Shown piece by piece: positions 19,823-29,953 of a stretch of 64,000 nt of DNA (within the stretch, counting starts at the first letter, position 1; the number at the start of each line of letters is the position of its first letter). The position numbers were made by a program, and so were the translations under genes. The stretch is from IMG/VR virus record IMGVR_UViG_3300029349_000001, positions 97,087-161,086 of that record. One strand, 5' to 3'. Under the pieces are notes generated by a model. It saw only the letters and a list, made by a program, of their open reading frames with translations, searched no databases and had not been told where the DNA came from. Source of the stretch: a virus.

Positions 19823-20317
19823 TCAGTTGGCGGTAGTACCCTTGTAATTATCATTAACTGGCTTCTTGGCTCCGGTTCTATATGTTAGTTCGCCTGGAAC
19901 TTGTGCTGTTGGAGTAGCAGCATCGTCCTGACCGAAACTATCTGTAGCAACCGTTGGAGCAACAGAGAACTGACCGTTGTAGATGTTGTAGTTACCAGCT
20001 CTAATAGCTGTAGCAACTCTACGAGTAGATAAGGCTTCAATCTTATGTACGGCTCTACGAGCAGCAGAAGAAGCTTTATTGAGAGGAGCATCTAGTCTTA
20101 GAGCTAATGGCTTAGATGTATTCTTAGCAAAAGCGTTAGCACTAACAGCCTTGTCTGTATCTGTGCCGTCAACAACAACAGAACCCACAACCCCCACGGA
20201 TGTGGCAGCGTCACTTAGACTTTTGCCAACTAAAAGATTGGAGGCGGATCCTACATTGATTGCTGATCCACTATTGTTTTTAACTGGTTGGCCATTAATA
20301 GCAGAGTGTGTTGACAT
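19823..20317 (-). CDS. Probable virion structural protein
   Basis: Ala/Ser/Thr-rich; VPGELTY; GGTGTAT motif upstream. Confidence 0.6.
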   Translation of the reverse strand: MSTHSAINGQPVKNNSGSAINVGSASNLLVGKSLSDAATSVGVVGSVVVDGTDTDKAVSANAFAKNTSKPLALRLDAPLNKASSAARRAVHKIEALSTRRVATAIRAGNYNIYNGQFSVAPTVATDSFGQDDAATPTAQVPGELTYRTGAKKPVNDNYKGTTAN

Positions 20318-20390
20318 TGTTATCTCCAGATTATTTTATGAGTGGTTGAAGAAATATTTCATTCAGTATATGGATACACCAAAATATTGA

Positions 20391-21038
20391 TTAAATATAC
20401 TTATTGTACAGGTCTAGGGAAAATTTGTTATTAAATCTAATTCCATGCACTCCGCTTTTAACCACACTAGACATTTGATCACTTTTCCATAAATTACCAG
20501 TACAAATACAGGATATACCCGACTTTTTATTTAGATACTCACAAGCAATCAAATTATCAGCAATATCATCAATCATCATGCCGCTAGACGGAGCAATTAC
20601 GCCGATATCCATAGTTTTAAGTATTTGACAAATCTTAGCTAGGATTTCATGGTTAAATACCCTATATTCTAAACAATATCTTAGTTCGATATTAGAATCA
20701 TCACATATTTGTTTATTAGTTTTAATATCTTCTCTAATTTTGTCATATCTTCTGTTAACAACGAATCGAGACTGTATAGGTAAATATATAATCGAAACAC
20801 CACTCTTCACAGTGTTGCCGACTAAACAATTGCGACTTTTGGTGTCGGATGCACCATAGGGAAAATCTAAAACTGTAGAAAATTTAGTATTGTTAACATT
20901 TTCTATAGTCTTAACAATAGGTATATGATTGCCGAATACAGAAATTTCACTAATGCCGTGTTTTATTAAAGAATCAATTTCGCTCTTGATTTCTTCATCG
21001 GATAGTGATTGATTATATATAGCATATTGAGTGTACAT
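20391..21038 (-). CDS. DeoC (deoxyribose-phosphate aldolase)-like TIM barrel, degenerate
   Basis: VLDFPYGA..; catalytic Lys motifs appear replaced. Confidence 0.7.
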   Translation of the reverse strand: MYTQYAIYNQSLSDEEIKSEIDSLIKHGISEISVFGNHIPIVKTIENVNNTKFSTVLDFPYGASDTKSRNCLVGNTVKSGVSIIYLPIQSRFVVNRRYDKIREDIKTNKQICDDSNIELRYCLEYRVFNHEILAKICQILKTMDIGVIAPSSGMMIDDIADNLIACEYLNKKSGISCICTGNLWKSDQMSSVVKSGVHGIRFNNKFSLDLYNKYI

Positions 21039-21727
21039 TATTTCCTTTTGATATAAGTTTTGAGAAAATCTATGTTAGGAAATTTTTTAGTACCAAGTAT
21101 ACCATCAGCAAAACCATAATCAACAGCTTCTTGGGCTGTTAATATCCAATCGCATTTATTTGATAGCTGAGACACAATGTGCTTTTTGGCCATCATTTTT
21201 TTCCAATTTTTTTCTTGACATATACTACTATTCATACACCTATCAGTGAATATATCCACCATCTTATCGCATTCTCTTTCATTCCATTGTATGCTACTAG
21301 CAGCCGCCTTGCTGTGTTCACCATCTAATGTGAACGAACCATAATGTATCATAACATTTGTATTGGGCATGAGAATTCTCAAATCCGCCGACTGCAATAC
21401 AACACTACTAGAGGACTCCGCTTTTGCATAGGCCAATATAATAGTTTTGGCCTTAGATGCTTTGATAGAGTCATACATACCTAAACAATCTTGCCAATCC
21501 CCTCCAGGCAAATGCATATGAATAATAATCGGCTCTAGAGACAAAAGATTGAGATATCTCAAATTTTTTTCTAACATGATACCAGATCTATAATCTACGC
21601 CGCCTTCTTCTGGACCATCAATATATGAATGTAAATAAATTTCTCTATTTAGTGGATCCACATCATAGTTATGTATACTATATAATAGTTCGTTTTCGGG
21701 ATTTACTTGTTTAGTCATGTGAGCCAC
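21038..21727 (-). CDS. clpP: ClpP-family serine protease
   Basis: PGGD, AESSSS, MIHYGS, DWILTAQEAVDYGFAD. Confidence 0.9.
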   Translation of the reverse strand: MAHMTKQVNPENELLYSIHNYDVDPLNREIYLHSYIDGPEEGGVDYRSGIMLEKNLRYLNLLSLEPIIIHMHLPGGDWQDCLGMYDSIKASKAKTIILAYAKAESSSSVVLQSADLRILMPNTNVMIHYGSFTLDGEHSKAAASSIQWNERECDKMVDIFTDRCMNSSICQEKNWKKMMAKKHIVSQLSNKCDWILTAQEAVDYGFADGILGTKKFPNIDFLKTYIKRK

Positions 21728-22142
21728 TCTTTGATAAATATTTATATACTTTGTTTGTAATATTACGCATTACTACAGAATCACTAAAAGCCTTGCCAAC
21801 ACTGATTCTAAAACGATATCTGGTAAACACATCTAAAGATTCCACTCCGTCAATTTTTTCAATGATTGTAGCAATTTTTTCTGTGATATCAAAATTTGTA
21901 TGTCCTGTCCAAAAATTAAAAATTTTACCACTAGCAGTATATTCTGTAACAGGTATAATGCCCATTGGTGTTGCCATTACTCGTATGTTCTGTTGTGTAC
22001 TTGGTGGAGGCAGATCTGCTTCATCTATATAATCGCCGTCGCTTTCTTCATCATCTAATAAATTTTGCACAGCCTCTTCGTCTACGCCAAAAGGATCTCT
22101 CCATTTTTCCCACATGACTAAATTTTCGGCTTGGTTGTTCAT
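21711..22142 (-). CDS. Hypothetical protein
   Basis: Start taken at MNNQAE; DGVESLDVFTRYRF. Confidence 0.65.
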   Translation of the reverse strand: MNNQAENLVMWEKWRDPFGVDEEAVQNLLDDEESDGDYIDEADLPPPSTQQNIRVMATPMGIIPVTEYTASGKIFNFWTGHTNFDITEKIATIIEKIDGVESLDVFTRYRFRISVGKAFSDSVVMRNITNKVYKYLSKSGSHD

Positions 22143-22233
22143 AGTGTTTCCATTCGTAAACAGGTGTCTGTATATAGGAATACCCCGTTGCACACACATA
22201 TTATAGGTCGGAAAGGGCTAGAAATAAAGATAA

Positions 22234-22680
22234 CTATCTCTTTGTAGAAAATACGGCCATTGGTCTAATCAATGGCATCTTAGATAGTTGTTTTAGAGAC
22301 TGCTTTTTTTCGGCTTTGTGATGAGTATATAATATAGACCAAAAATTTAGCACATTTTCGATTAATAGTTTTTGATGAGGATTAGTCTCGTTTTCATACT
22401 GATTTTTTAAAATATTGATGATTTCTTTTTTAAGTAGGCCATCATTAATACATAATAGCATTTCAGCAAATCTTTCTGCTTCAATTGCTATGTCGTCAAT
22501 ATTTGAGTCATCAACATCTACTTTAGGTAACAAACAATGAATTAGGATACCGTCATCTTTGTTTAAAGTAAAACTCAAAAATCCAGCACTAAGATCTATA
22601 GCATTGGTTTCATTATCTTTAGTTATCTGTACAGGCTTTTTGAAAAGACGTTTCCAGATATTGCGAATATAATTAAACAT
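22234..22680 (-). CDS. Hypothetical protein
   Basis: ORF. Confidence 0.6.
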   Translation of the reverse strand: MFNYIRNIWKRLFKKPVQITKDNETNAIDLSAGFLSFTLNKDDGILIHCLLPKVDVDDSNIDDIAIEAERFAEMLLCINDGLLKKEIINILKNQYENETNPHQKLLIENVLNFWSILYTHHKAEKKQSLKQLSKMPLIRPMAVFSTKR

Positions 22681-22684
22681 GATG

Positions 22685-23029
22685 TTACAAAAGATTAATA
22701 ATTTTTTGAAGATGTGGGAAAGCAGATATATCTAAATCTATCATATCTACAAAACTTAGTAGTGGATTGGAATATCCAAATGGCAAGATATAATAATAAC
22801 AAACATTAATGCTGTCATTATATATTTGACAATCTGCTATTTTAAATAGATCCTCCTGATACGCAATACCAACATCATCACAAATCTTTTTAATAGATTG
22901 AGAGACAGGTTGTTCTGGCCCTATTTCTCCTGATGGTATGTCTTTGGTGCTGTTGGCTATCAATACCTTTGGTCTAGGATCATTTTTTCTAAAAAGCAGA
23001 ATATATAATCGAATATTAGACTGTATCAT
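22685..23029 (-). CDS. Hypothetical protein, possibly a degenerate Nudix fold
   Basis: KVLI..IPSGEI..E weakly resembles a Nudix box. Confidence 0.45.
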   Translation of the reverse strand: MIQSNIRLYILLFRKNDPRPKVLIANSTKDIPSGEIGPEQPVSQSIKKICDDVGIAYQEDLFKIADCQIYNDSINVCYYYILPFGYSNPLLSFVDMIDLDISAFPHLQKIINLL

Positions 23030-23606
23030 AGGTTTGAATAATAGAAATTCCTCTTTTAATATTCTGTCGAACAGCCTCTCTAGATATATTAAACTGTTTG
23101 CCTATTTCAGAAAGTGTCATATCATCATAATAATACATCTTAATTTGTTCTTTTTGCTTTTCTGACAAAAGTTCATTATTAAGCATTTCTTCAAGGTTGT
23201 TTTGAAGAATGGTTTTATATTCGTTGTCCATTAAAATATCTATAGGTTGCTGCTGCTTAGAGTCTTCAACATCTAAAGATATTTCTTCGTCATCCTTCAT
23301 AGCAAAAATAGATTGTACTTTTGTACTAGACTTATATTTATTGGTGATATATGTTTTGATCGCCCATATAGCACACTGATTTCGATAAGAGTACTTAGTT
23401 TTTTTCATTCCTGTCTTACCCACTCTAGTTTCATCATATCTCCAATCAGCATACATAATGGCAGTAGCCACATCTGAAATGGCCTCTTCGTTCATAAGCA
23501 TTTCTTTAGATAGTCCATTATAGAACTTTGGAGCAAACTTAGAAATGGTCTTTTTGGCTAGGGAGATATATGAGTCTAGAGAATCAAACTGTTTTGTTGT
23601 TGTCAT
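23016..23606 (-). CDS. RNA polymerase sigma70-family factor
   Basis: Region 2-like YDE..KYSY..AIWAIK; region 4 MTLSEIGKQFNISREAVRQ. Confidence 0.88.
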   Translation of the reverse strand: MTTTKQFDSLDSYISLAKKTISKFAPKFYNGLSKEMLMNEEAISDVATAIMYADWRYDETRVGKTGMKKTKYSYRNQCAIWAIKTYITNKYKSSTKVQSIFAMKDDEEISLDVEDSKQQQPIDILMDNEYKTILQNNLEEMLNNELLSEKQKEQIKMYYYDDMTLSEIGKQFNISREAVRQNIKRGISIIQTYDTV

Positions 23607-23648
23607 TATCCTTGGTCCTTTATGTCCTTAAAAATTATAGAATCGAAA

Positions 23649-24311
23649 CTATTTTGTCAACTTTTTCCATTGCTTGGGATCTGGTCTATCTTCATCTCCA
23701 CGCTTTGCGGGCTTATAGTCCTTGCCTTCTCTTTCTTTTTTCTTTCTGATGTTTTCCCATAGGCCGGGTTTAGATCCGGCATCACTGGTATCGTCATTTT
23801 CGTCTGCGTACATGACAAAATCGTGGATAGACCGCAATTGATCGTCAACAACGGCGATTTTACCCTGTAGCCACGTTTCTGTCAAATTTTTTCTAACTGT
23901 TTCGTTAGATTCTACTTGAGATAGTATCGCATCAACATGAGTCTTAATAGCCTTCAATGAACTCAAACTCATACCCATTAGATCGTTCTTATATTCATCA
24001 AACTCTTCCATTACTTCTTCGGTTTCGGTTTCAGCATCGTCGTCCTTTTCTTCCATATGATCTAATGCAAGCGCTAGTTGATCTTTTGTCTTTTTGAGAA
24101 TCTCATCGGCTTTCCATGTTGGGCCAGAATTAGTAGTTCTATAAGATACAATATAGCCCATATCATAAGGTAGTTGCTGTATATCCTCTATAACTCCTTC
24201 ACTACCATAATGAGTACATTCTGTATTAATATTTTTGATTCTATCTCCTACCTTCATCATAGATGAAATAGCAAACTGTATACCATTTAATATTGAAAAA
24301 ATTCTATCCAT
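23649..24311 (-). CDS. Hypothetical phage protein
   Basis: C-terminal PGLWENIRKKKER motif common in phage hypothetical proteins. Confidence 0.65.
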   Translation of the reverse strand: MDRIFSILNGIQFAISSMMKVGDRIKNINTECTHYGSEGVIEDIQQLPYDMGYIVSYRTTNSGPTWKADEILKKTKDQLALALDHMEEKDDDAETETEEVMEEFDEYKNDLMGMSLSSLKAIKTHVDAILSQVESNETVRKNLTETWLQGKIAVVDDQLRSIHDFVMYADENDDTSDAGSKPGLWENIRKKKEREGKDYKPAKRGDEDRPDPKQWKKLTK

Positions 24312-24948
24312 GATATTGCTTTTCTAATTTAGAGTATAAAGAGTTATATAAAATATTGGCTAGTTTTATAGATCCTTGATTATCAGACTCGTAGTGAACA
24401 CCCTGCATCATTCTACAACGAGCAGTAATATTGACTATATTATCTAATGCGGTACTAATTTCTAGATTATTAGGATATTGCTTGCGAATAATTTCACAGG
24501 CTAAAGATGTATACACCGTATGGCCAGATGGGTAGGCTGGAGTATGATGAGTTTCTGTTGATATTATATTAATTGGAATATTATAATACGGAGCCAAATC
24601 ATAGGGCCTTGGTCTATTATAAAAGTATTTAATATTTAATAAAATTGGCCTAATTATTCTATATACAGATCTAAAATAGTCTATAGAGAAACTAATATTT
24701 TGTTCTCTTATATATTTATATAATAGTGCATTAGCGTCATCGTCTATTTGATATACCAGTAGTTTATCTGCATATGATAGTTTTTTTGTTAGCGAAGAAA
24801 TTTTTAAGATTTCTCCCTTGGTAATATCACTATCATTTTCTGGTGGTTTGCCGAGTATGTTTTTCCAGTCGATATCTTTAGCAATATCGGGAATGGGATA
24901 CTCTAGCTGATAATTAACATATACGATATCATTAAGTTTTTTAGACAT
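24304..24948 (-). CDS. PAP2/vanadium-haloperoxidase-family phosphatase
   Basis: KYFYNRPRP, YPSGH, R...GVHY..D. Confidence 0.88.
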   Translation of the reverse strand: MSKKLNDIVYVNYQLEYPIPDIAKDIDWKNILGKPPENDSDITKGEILKISSLTKKLSYADKLLVYQIDDDANALLYKYIREQNISFSIDYFRSVYRIIRPILLNIKYFYNRPRPYDLAPYYNIPINIISTETHHTPAYPSGHTVYTSLACEIIRKQYPNNLEISTALDNIVNITARCRMMQGVHYESDNQGSIKLANILYNSLYSKLEKQYHG

Positions 24949-25540
24949 AAAGACCGAGGAAGTTGTCTAGGCCCATTTGTGATATTTGCTTTAGATAACT
25001 TTCGTATGTTTCTATGCCATTTTCACTACCCTGTAATAATGGAATCATAGAATTTGCTGTTAATTCATCACCCACAGCTCTTGCTGCTACAATCGTGGCT
25101 TTTTCTACAGATGCAGCTTCTCTTACAGACTGTAAATTATATTGGATCATAGCAACCATATCGTGTCTGGTCCAAGATTGAGGACTAACTATTAATGGCT
25201 GATAGTCCACGTCAAAAAATTCTAATCTTTTAAGATTAATCATTGCGTGTTCGTGTTCTTCTTCCGCATCCTTCTTAATGATAGCGGCGAGTTTCTTATA
25301 TCCCCATCTATCAAGATGTACGGCCTGTGCAGATAATGATGTGGTTTGCTGCCAGTGAACATTCAAGGACTGCTTGAGCAAAGAGACTACTTCTTCGGAT
25401 GAATAGTTAACAACCTCTTGTGATTCAGCAGGTTCCTCTGTGGTGATTTCCTCTGAGATCGCTACTGGTTCAATAACTGTTTCATTTGTATTGTCTAGTG
25501 GTTGTTCTTGCTCTTTAATTAAATCTTCGATAGGCTTCAT
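24941..25540 (-). CDS. Bacterioferritin/ferritin-like protein
   Basis: HLDRWGYKKLA..EEEHEHA..RLEF; C-terminal MGLDNFL. Confidence 0.8.
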   Translation of the reverse strand: MKPIEDLIKEQEQPLDNTNETVIEPVAISEEITTEEPAESQEVVNYSSEEVVSLLKQSLNVHWQQTTSLSAQAVHLDRWGYKKLAAIIKKDAEEEHEHAMINLKRLEFFDVDYQPLIVSPQSWTRHDMVAMIQYNLQSVREAASVEKATIVAARAVGDELTANSMIPLLQGSENGIETYESYLKQISQMGLDNFLGLYV

Positions 25541-25576
25541 GATTAACAAGTCTTTCCTTTTAAGAATACTAATACC

Positions 25577-26089
25577 TTACCACGCTTTACAAGACCAATA
25601 TCTTGCTTTCCATTTTGGTCCAGGATTATCACAGTTATGTCTGGCCCTAAAGCTTTTTCTGCGTTCTGGAATATTTTTTTTGATTTTCATGTTAGGATCG
25701 CCAAAGCGTACAATCACCACTTTGCCTTTATCGTTTTTGACATAAACAGCAAATTTTTTGGGACCATCTGAAGTTCTAAACGGCTTATTAAGGGTAACCT
25801 TTCGGCCTTTGTGTTCAGCCGCTATGGTCTTCTCATCTTCTTCATAAACTACATCTGCTTCTACTTCCCATACAAACTCGTTCCACTCATCGTCCCAAGA
25901 GCAGTTAGAAGCTAATAAATTATCATGGACTTCTTGTAGGAGAGAACCTGATTTTGTTTTTGTTTGTCCTAAACACACAGCCACTCTTTGTTTAGAATCT
26001 GGATAGTCCTTTTTCATGATCTCGCTACCCATGCAGCGAGCAACAAAATCAGTACTTTTTTCATCGTCTTTAGGTGAGGGTATCGGCAT
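25577..26089 (-). CDS. Conserved phage protein
   Basis: MPIPSP..FVARCM; KKFAVYV..VRFGDPNM..RRKSFRARHNC..YWSC. Confidence 0.7.
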   Translation of the reverse strand: MPIPSPKDDEKSTDFVARCMGSEIMKKDYPDSKQRVAVCLGQTKTKSGSLLQEVHDNLLASNCSWDDEWNEFVWEVEADVVYEEDEKTIAAEHKGRKVTLNKPFRTSDGPKKFAVYVKNDKGKVVIVRFGDPNMKIKKNIPERRKSFRARHNCDNPGPKWKARYWSCKAW

Positions 26090-26111
26090 ATAGTATCTCC
26101 TAGTAAAATAG

Positions 26112-27176
26112 CTAATTAAGTATACACCCAGAGATAATTTGTGCTGTATTTTGCCACGACAGTAGTTTCGCAGCATCTAAACCAGCACTATTGGTGTTAA
26201 TCTTATTTTTATAAACATGTCTCATATAATCTATAGTTTGATCTATTTGTGATTGGCCTATTTTGGCCCAATTACCTTGGCCAGTAAATGCTTTACCATC
26301 ATACGCTTTTTCTGTCTCTGAAATATCTACTAAGTAAGCATTTTGGGGATTGCAAAATTCTGTATGTGCAGAATAAAAGGTTGCAATAGCTGGCTTATTC
26401 ATGGACATGGTTTCCAATAATTCCATATTCCATCCTTCGGCTCTGGAAATATAAATACCACAATCGCTTTGTTGAATAAGTCTAGCTAGTTCTTCCTGAG
26501 TTTCTGTACCAGGAATAACTTTAAGTCTAGGATCTTCACCATATAATTCCTTCCATTTCTGTATTTCTTCCTTCGACGAATATGAGGATTGTTCTGAGGC
26601 TACTATCCATAATTCAACATCTTGTTCTGTGGGAAAAGCTAGCTTAAAAATTTTTGGTAAAATATCGTGTGCTTTTCTAACTTCCCATTTACCTATAGTA
26701 ATAAAAACATATTTATCTTTGGACGGCACATTTGATACTTCAATCTTGTCATCAAAGATGCGTCTATCCACCCCCAAAGGAGCAATATGAATCGGCTGTC
26801 TAACTCCATTAGATACTAAGATAGTTTTAGCCCATTCACTAGAGACAAACAACTCATCTGGTACAGACAGGTGCTTTTGTTCCAGTGTGTTTAGGGTATC
26901 TAATTCAAAAAATGGATACGCATAATATCTGCCGTTTCCTATGCGTGATGCTAGGTCAAATTGATGCCATATCTTAAGACATGGTGCTGCTGGATCAAAT
27001 TCTATGCTCTCATTTAATAAAGTTAATACAATATCATAATCTTCTTTGTTTGTGACCATTGGATTATGTATCGGAAAATAGTCCACATGAACATATGGTA
27101 GTAATGCCTTAAGAATATTTAAAGAGGCAATGCCATAGCCAGTAGTATTGATAGGAGCATATAAATTAATAGACAT
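26112..27176 (-). CDS. GT4 (GT-B) glycosyltransferase
   Basis: TGYG, GKWEVRK, SRAEGWNMELLE. Confidence 0.9.
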   Translation of the reverse strand: MSINLYAPINTTGYGIASLNILKALLPYVHVDYFPIHNPMVTNKEDYDIVLTLLNESIEFDPAAPCLKIWHQFDLASRIGNGRYYAYPFFELDTLNTLEQKHLSVPDELFVSSEWAKTILVSNGVRQPIHIAPLGVDRRIFDDKIEVSNVPSKDKYVFITIGKWEVRKAHDILPKIFKLAFPTEQDVELWIVASEQSSYSSKEEIQKWKELYGEDPRLKVIPGTETQEELARLIQQSDCGIYISRAEGWNMELLETMSMNKPAIATFYSAHTEFCNPQNAYLVDISETEKAYDGKAFTGQGNWAKIGQSQIDQTIDYMRHVYKNKINTNSAGLDAAKLLSWQNTAQIISGCILN

Positions 27177-27177
27177 A

Positions 27178-28326
27178 TTAAACACCTAAGATTGGATTTT
27201 TATTTGAATGAACGGAACTAACTCTGCAAAACTGACCACACTTTGGCATGTGTTTAATAGACCCTGCACCTATATAACAACAGCATGACCGAATACCACC
27301 CAAAAGCTCTTGTATCACACACTCAACAGGTCCCTTATAATCAACGACTATTTTGGTGCCTTCTGAAGCTCTATAAGTTTTTATATGGTCTTCATACATC
27401 TCTTGAGCATGATGTGTACTCATACCATAATATGTGAATTTAGTTTTTCTGCTATTTACTAGATTAGACTGATCGCATAGAGAAACTAGATTATCTTTGT
27501 ATTTATCAATATTAGCAACAATCTTGTCTACAGACTTATCATGCTCCCATTCTCCATCGCACTCTTCTGACCCGGCAAAATAACCGCCTAGCATCACAAA
27601 GTCTGATCCAGCACATAGTGCTTTGCATACATCCCCTACGGTTTTATGTCCTCCATCGGAGCAAATTCTGCCGAGTTTTTTCTCTCCGTTTTGAAGTCCG
27701 TGGGCAACATATCCATTTTCTAAACAACACGACAATTGCGGCACACCACAGCCTGTTAGGAACCTAGTTGTACACGCGGAGCCTCCACCTATTCCTGCCT
27801 TGATGATGTCTACTCCACCGTATATTAGTAGTTCTTGTGTAGATGATGTATTGGTTACATTGCCAGCCATAATAATCGATTCTGGAAAATGTTCTCTAAC
27901 CTTCTTACAATATTTCACAAATACATCCATATGTCCATTTGGTACGTCTATGCATATATTAGGTTGTATGTTGGTTTTGTTTTTAAACTCTATTAAATTA
28001 TTGATATCTGCTTTTTTATATCCTATAGATATCCATACATAGTCATGATTATGACTAGAATAGAAGTAATTAATGAGTTCTTCTGTTGTATGGTACTTGT
28101 GGAGACAGGTTATCATTCTGTGGCGACTAAGAGCATCTGCCATTCTAAAAGAACTAAAACTCATATTGGCACAAATAATCGGTATGCCTGTCCACTCTCT
28201 CGGAGAATGATAGAACTTAAATGTTCTATCTACATGAATATCAGATCGACTAGTAAGAGTAGATCTTTGTGGCACGATCAATACGTCATTGAAATCTAGT
28301 TTTTCTTCGTTTACTATTTTTTGCAT
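27178..28326 (-). CDS. guaC: GMP reductase
   Basis: KLDFNDVLIVPQRSTLTSRS, GIGGGSACTTR, DGG, FVMLGG, YGMS, YRASEG. Confidence 0.93.
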   Translation of the reverse strand: MQKIVNEEKLDFNDVLIVPQRSTLTSRSDIHVDRTFKFYHSPREWTGIPIICANMSFSSFRMADALSRHRMITCLHKYHTTEELINYFYSSHNHDYVWISIGYKKADINNLIEFKNKTNIQPNICIDVPNGHMDVFVKYCKKVREHFPESIIMAGNVTNTSSTQELLIYGGVDIIKAGIGGGSACTTRFLTGCGVPQLSCCLENGYVAHGLQNGEKKLGRICSDGGHKTVGDVCKALCAGSDFVMLGGYFAGSEECDGEWEHDKSVDKIVANIDKYKDNLVSLCDQSNLVNSRKTKFTYYGMSTHHAQEMYEDHIKTYRASEGTKIVVDYKGPVECVIQELLGGIRSCCCYIGAGSIKHMPKCGQFCRVSSVHSNKNPILGV

Positions 28327-28332
28327 ATCAGA

Positions 28333-28539
28333 TTATTTAATTCCTTTCAAGAACTCATCAGTATCATAACATTTCCAGTTTTTAAAATCATCAAACCCCG
28401 TCTCACTGACACAAATTTTTGGTCCTGTCATAACACCCCTCCCTTTATATCTCTGTAGTGCTGCGAAAATTGCAGCCAGATGATCGGCGGCATCTATAAT
28501 AAATTTAATTTGACCAGACTTAACATAATATTTAGGCAT
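28333..28539 (-). CDS. Small hypothetical protein
   Basis: ORF in operon. Confidence 0.6.
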   Translation of the reverse strand: MPKYYVKSGQIKFIIDAADHLAAIFAALQRYKGRGVMTGPKICVSETGFDDFKNWKCYDTDEFLKGIK

Positions 28540-28540
28540 T

Positions 28541-29074
28541 TTATACCGAGAAAAAATACCATCTTTTATAGGTATCTATATTTTCTGAAGAGTTGATATG
28601 TGTTAAATATTCTTTAATGTCGTCCCATGACGAGAAAATGGTTTGATGAGGAATAGTGCCAAACAACCAATCTGGAGCACTATTTTTTCCTTGTTCCATA
28701 TGAACAATTATGGGTTTTTTCTGACGATTAGCCCAAAAAATTTCTTCATATGTGCCACACGGATGAATATCTAAATTGAGATTAACAATAAGAAAATCGC
28801 TTATATCAACCAACCTTAGATCAACTCTCCTGATAACCTTCATCATTTCTGATAGTTCGTCGTATCTCTCTTTTTGTTTTAGCTTGGTTTTAATTACATG
28901 AGAGTCGTGATCTTCCATTCCTGTTGTTGTCGGCTTGGTAATTGGATTAAACACTATAACGCCCATATCTTCTAAAAAGGGCGTAATATTATCTCTCCAA
29001 GTAGCTCCTCTGTCGGCTACCCTATCCATAGCGCCAGCAAGATAAACTCTTTGTTTATTGAGACGATTCAGCAT
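28541..29074 (-). CDS. Nucleoside 2-deoxyribosyltransferase-like hydrolase
   Basis: VYLAGAM..WR..FNP..DLRLVDISD..GTYEE. Confidence 0.8.
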   Translation of the reverse strand: MLNRLNKQRVYLAGAMDRVADRGATWRDNITPFLEDMGVIVFNPITKPTTTGMEDHDSHVIKTKLKQKERYDELSEMMKVIRRVDLRLVDISDFLIVNLNLDIHPCGTYEEIFWANRQKKPIIVHMEQGKNSAPDWLFGTIPHQTIFSSWDDIKEYLTHINSSENIDTYKRWYFFSV

Positions 29075-29218
29075 TTATAAAACTCCTTAATCAATACCTA
29101 TCCTTAAACATAAAAGTAAACATATTATCAGAATGTGGTATATGCTCACCTTTATCTGTAATATCTTTAATCAGTCCAATAATTACGCCAATAATCAAAA
29201 ATAACAATATAGTGTAGT

Positions 29219-29953
29219 TCATACATCTCCAATCATATGAGTATACTTACGTCTCATATCCATAACTTCTTGAACCATTTGGTTTAATGTATCTGGATTG
29301 GATGACCTGCCCGTTGGGTTGTGATAGTACAGACCGACCGGATGGTTCACCATCTTTATTTTAGCGCCGCCGTCTGCAATACGCAACCACATATCTCCAT
29401 CAGCCGCACTTAAGTATTTAGTATCAAACAACCCGAATCGCTCGTGTATGCTCTTTTTCCACAAAGGCATACAGTGAGGAGAATTGTGCATTAACAAGTT
29501 ACGATTAGTGTGTGGTAATGCAGCGTATATTTCTGAATAATCATTATCTTCATATTTTTCATTAGCTTTATATGACATATATGTAATACCGTAGACTAAA
29601 TCTAAGTCCGGATCTCTGTCAAAAGCCTTTAATAATAATTCAAAACTAAGAGCATTTTTCCTGTCGTCTATATTCCAGTTCCCTATGATCGAAGACCCAC
29701 ACAAACCAATAGCATGATTCCAGCCAGCATATAAGCCTGGATCCTCGTCTAATTTATAGTATTTGATATTTGGATATTTTTCGGTTAATGGGATGATATG
29801 ATCTTTTTCATTTTCTGGTGAGTTGCAATCCAGAAATACAAACTCTATCTGATCGAATATTGTTTGACGCAACATATCTTCTATGTAGCCTTGAACAAAT
29901 TTTTCACCTTTATAATAAGAACAAAATGATGAACATTTATAGTTTTGTGTCAT
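29219..29953 (-). CDS. GT2 glycosyltransferase
   Basis: DCNSP, GLYAGWN, NIDD, DGDMWLR. Confidence 0.88.
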   Translation of the reverse strand: MTQNYKCSSFCSYYKGEKFVQGYIEDMLRQTIFDQIEFVFLDCNSPENEKDHIIPLTEKYPNIKYYKLDEDPGLYAGWNHAIGLCGSSIIGNWNIDDRKNALSFELLLKAFDRDPDLDLVYGITYMSYKANEKYEDNDYSEIYAALPHTNRNLLMHNSPHCMPLWKKSIHERFGLFDTKYLSAADGDMWLRIADGGAKIKMVNHPVGLYYHNPTGRSSNPDTLNQMVQEVMDMRRKYTHMIGDV

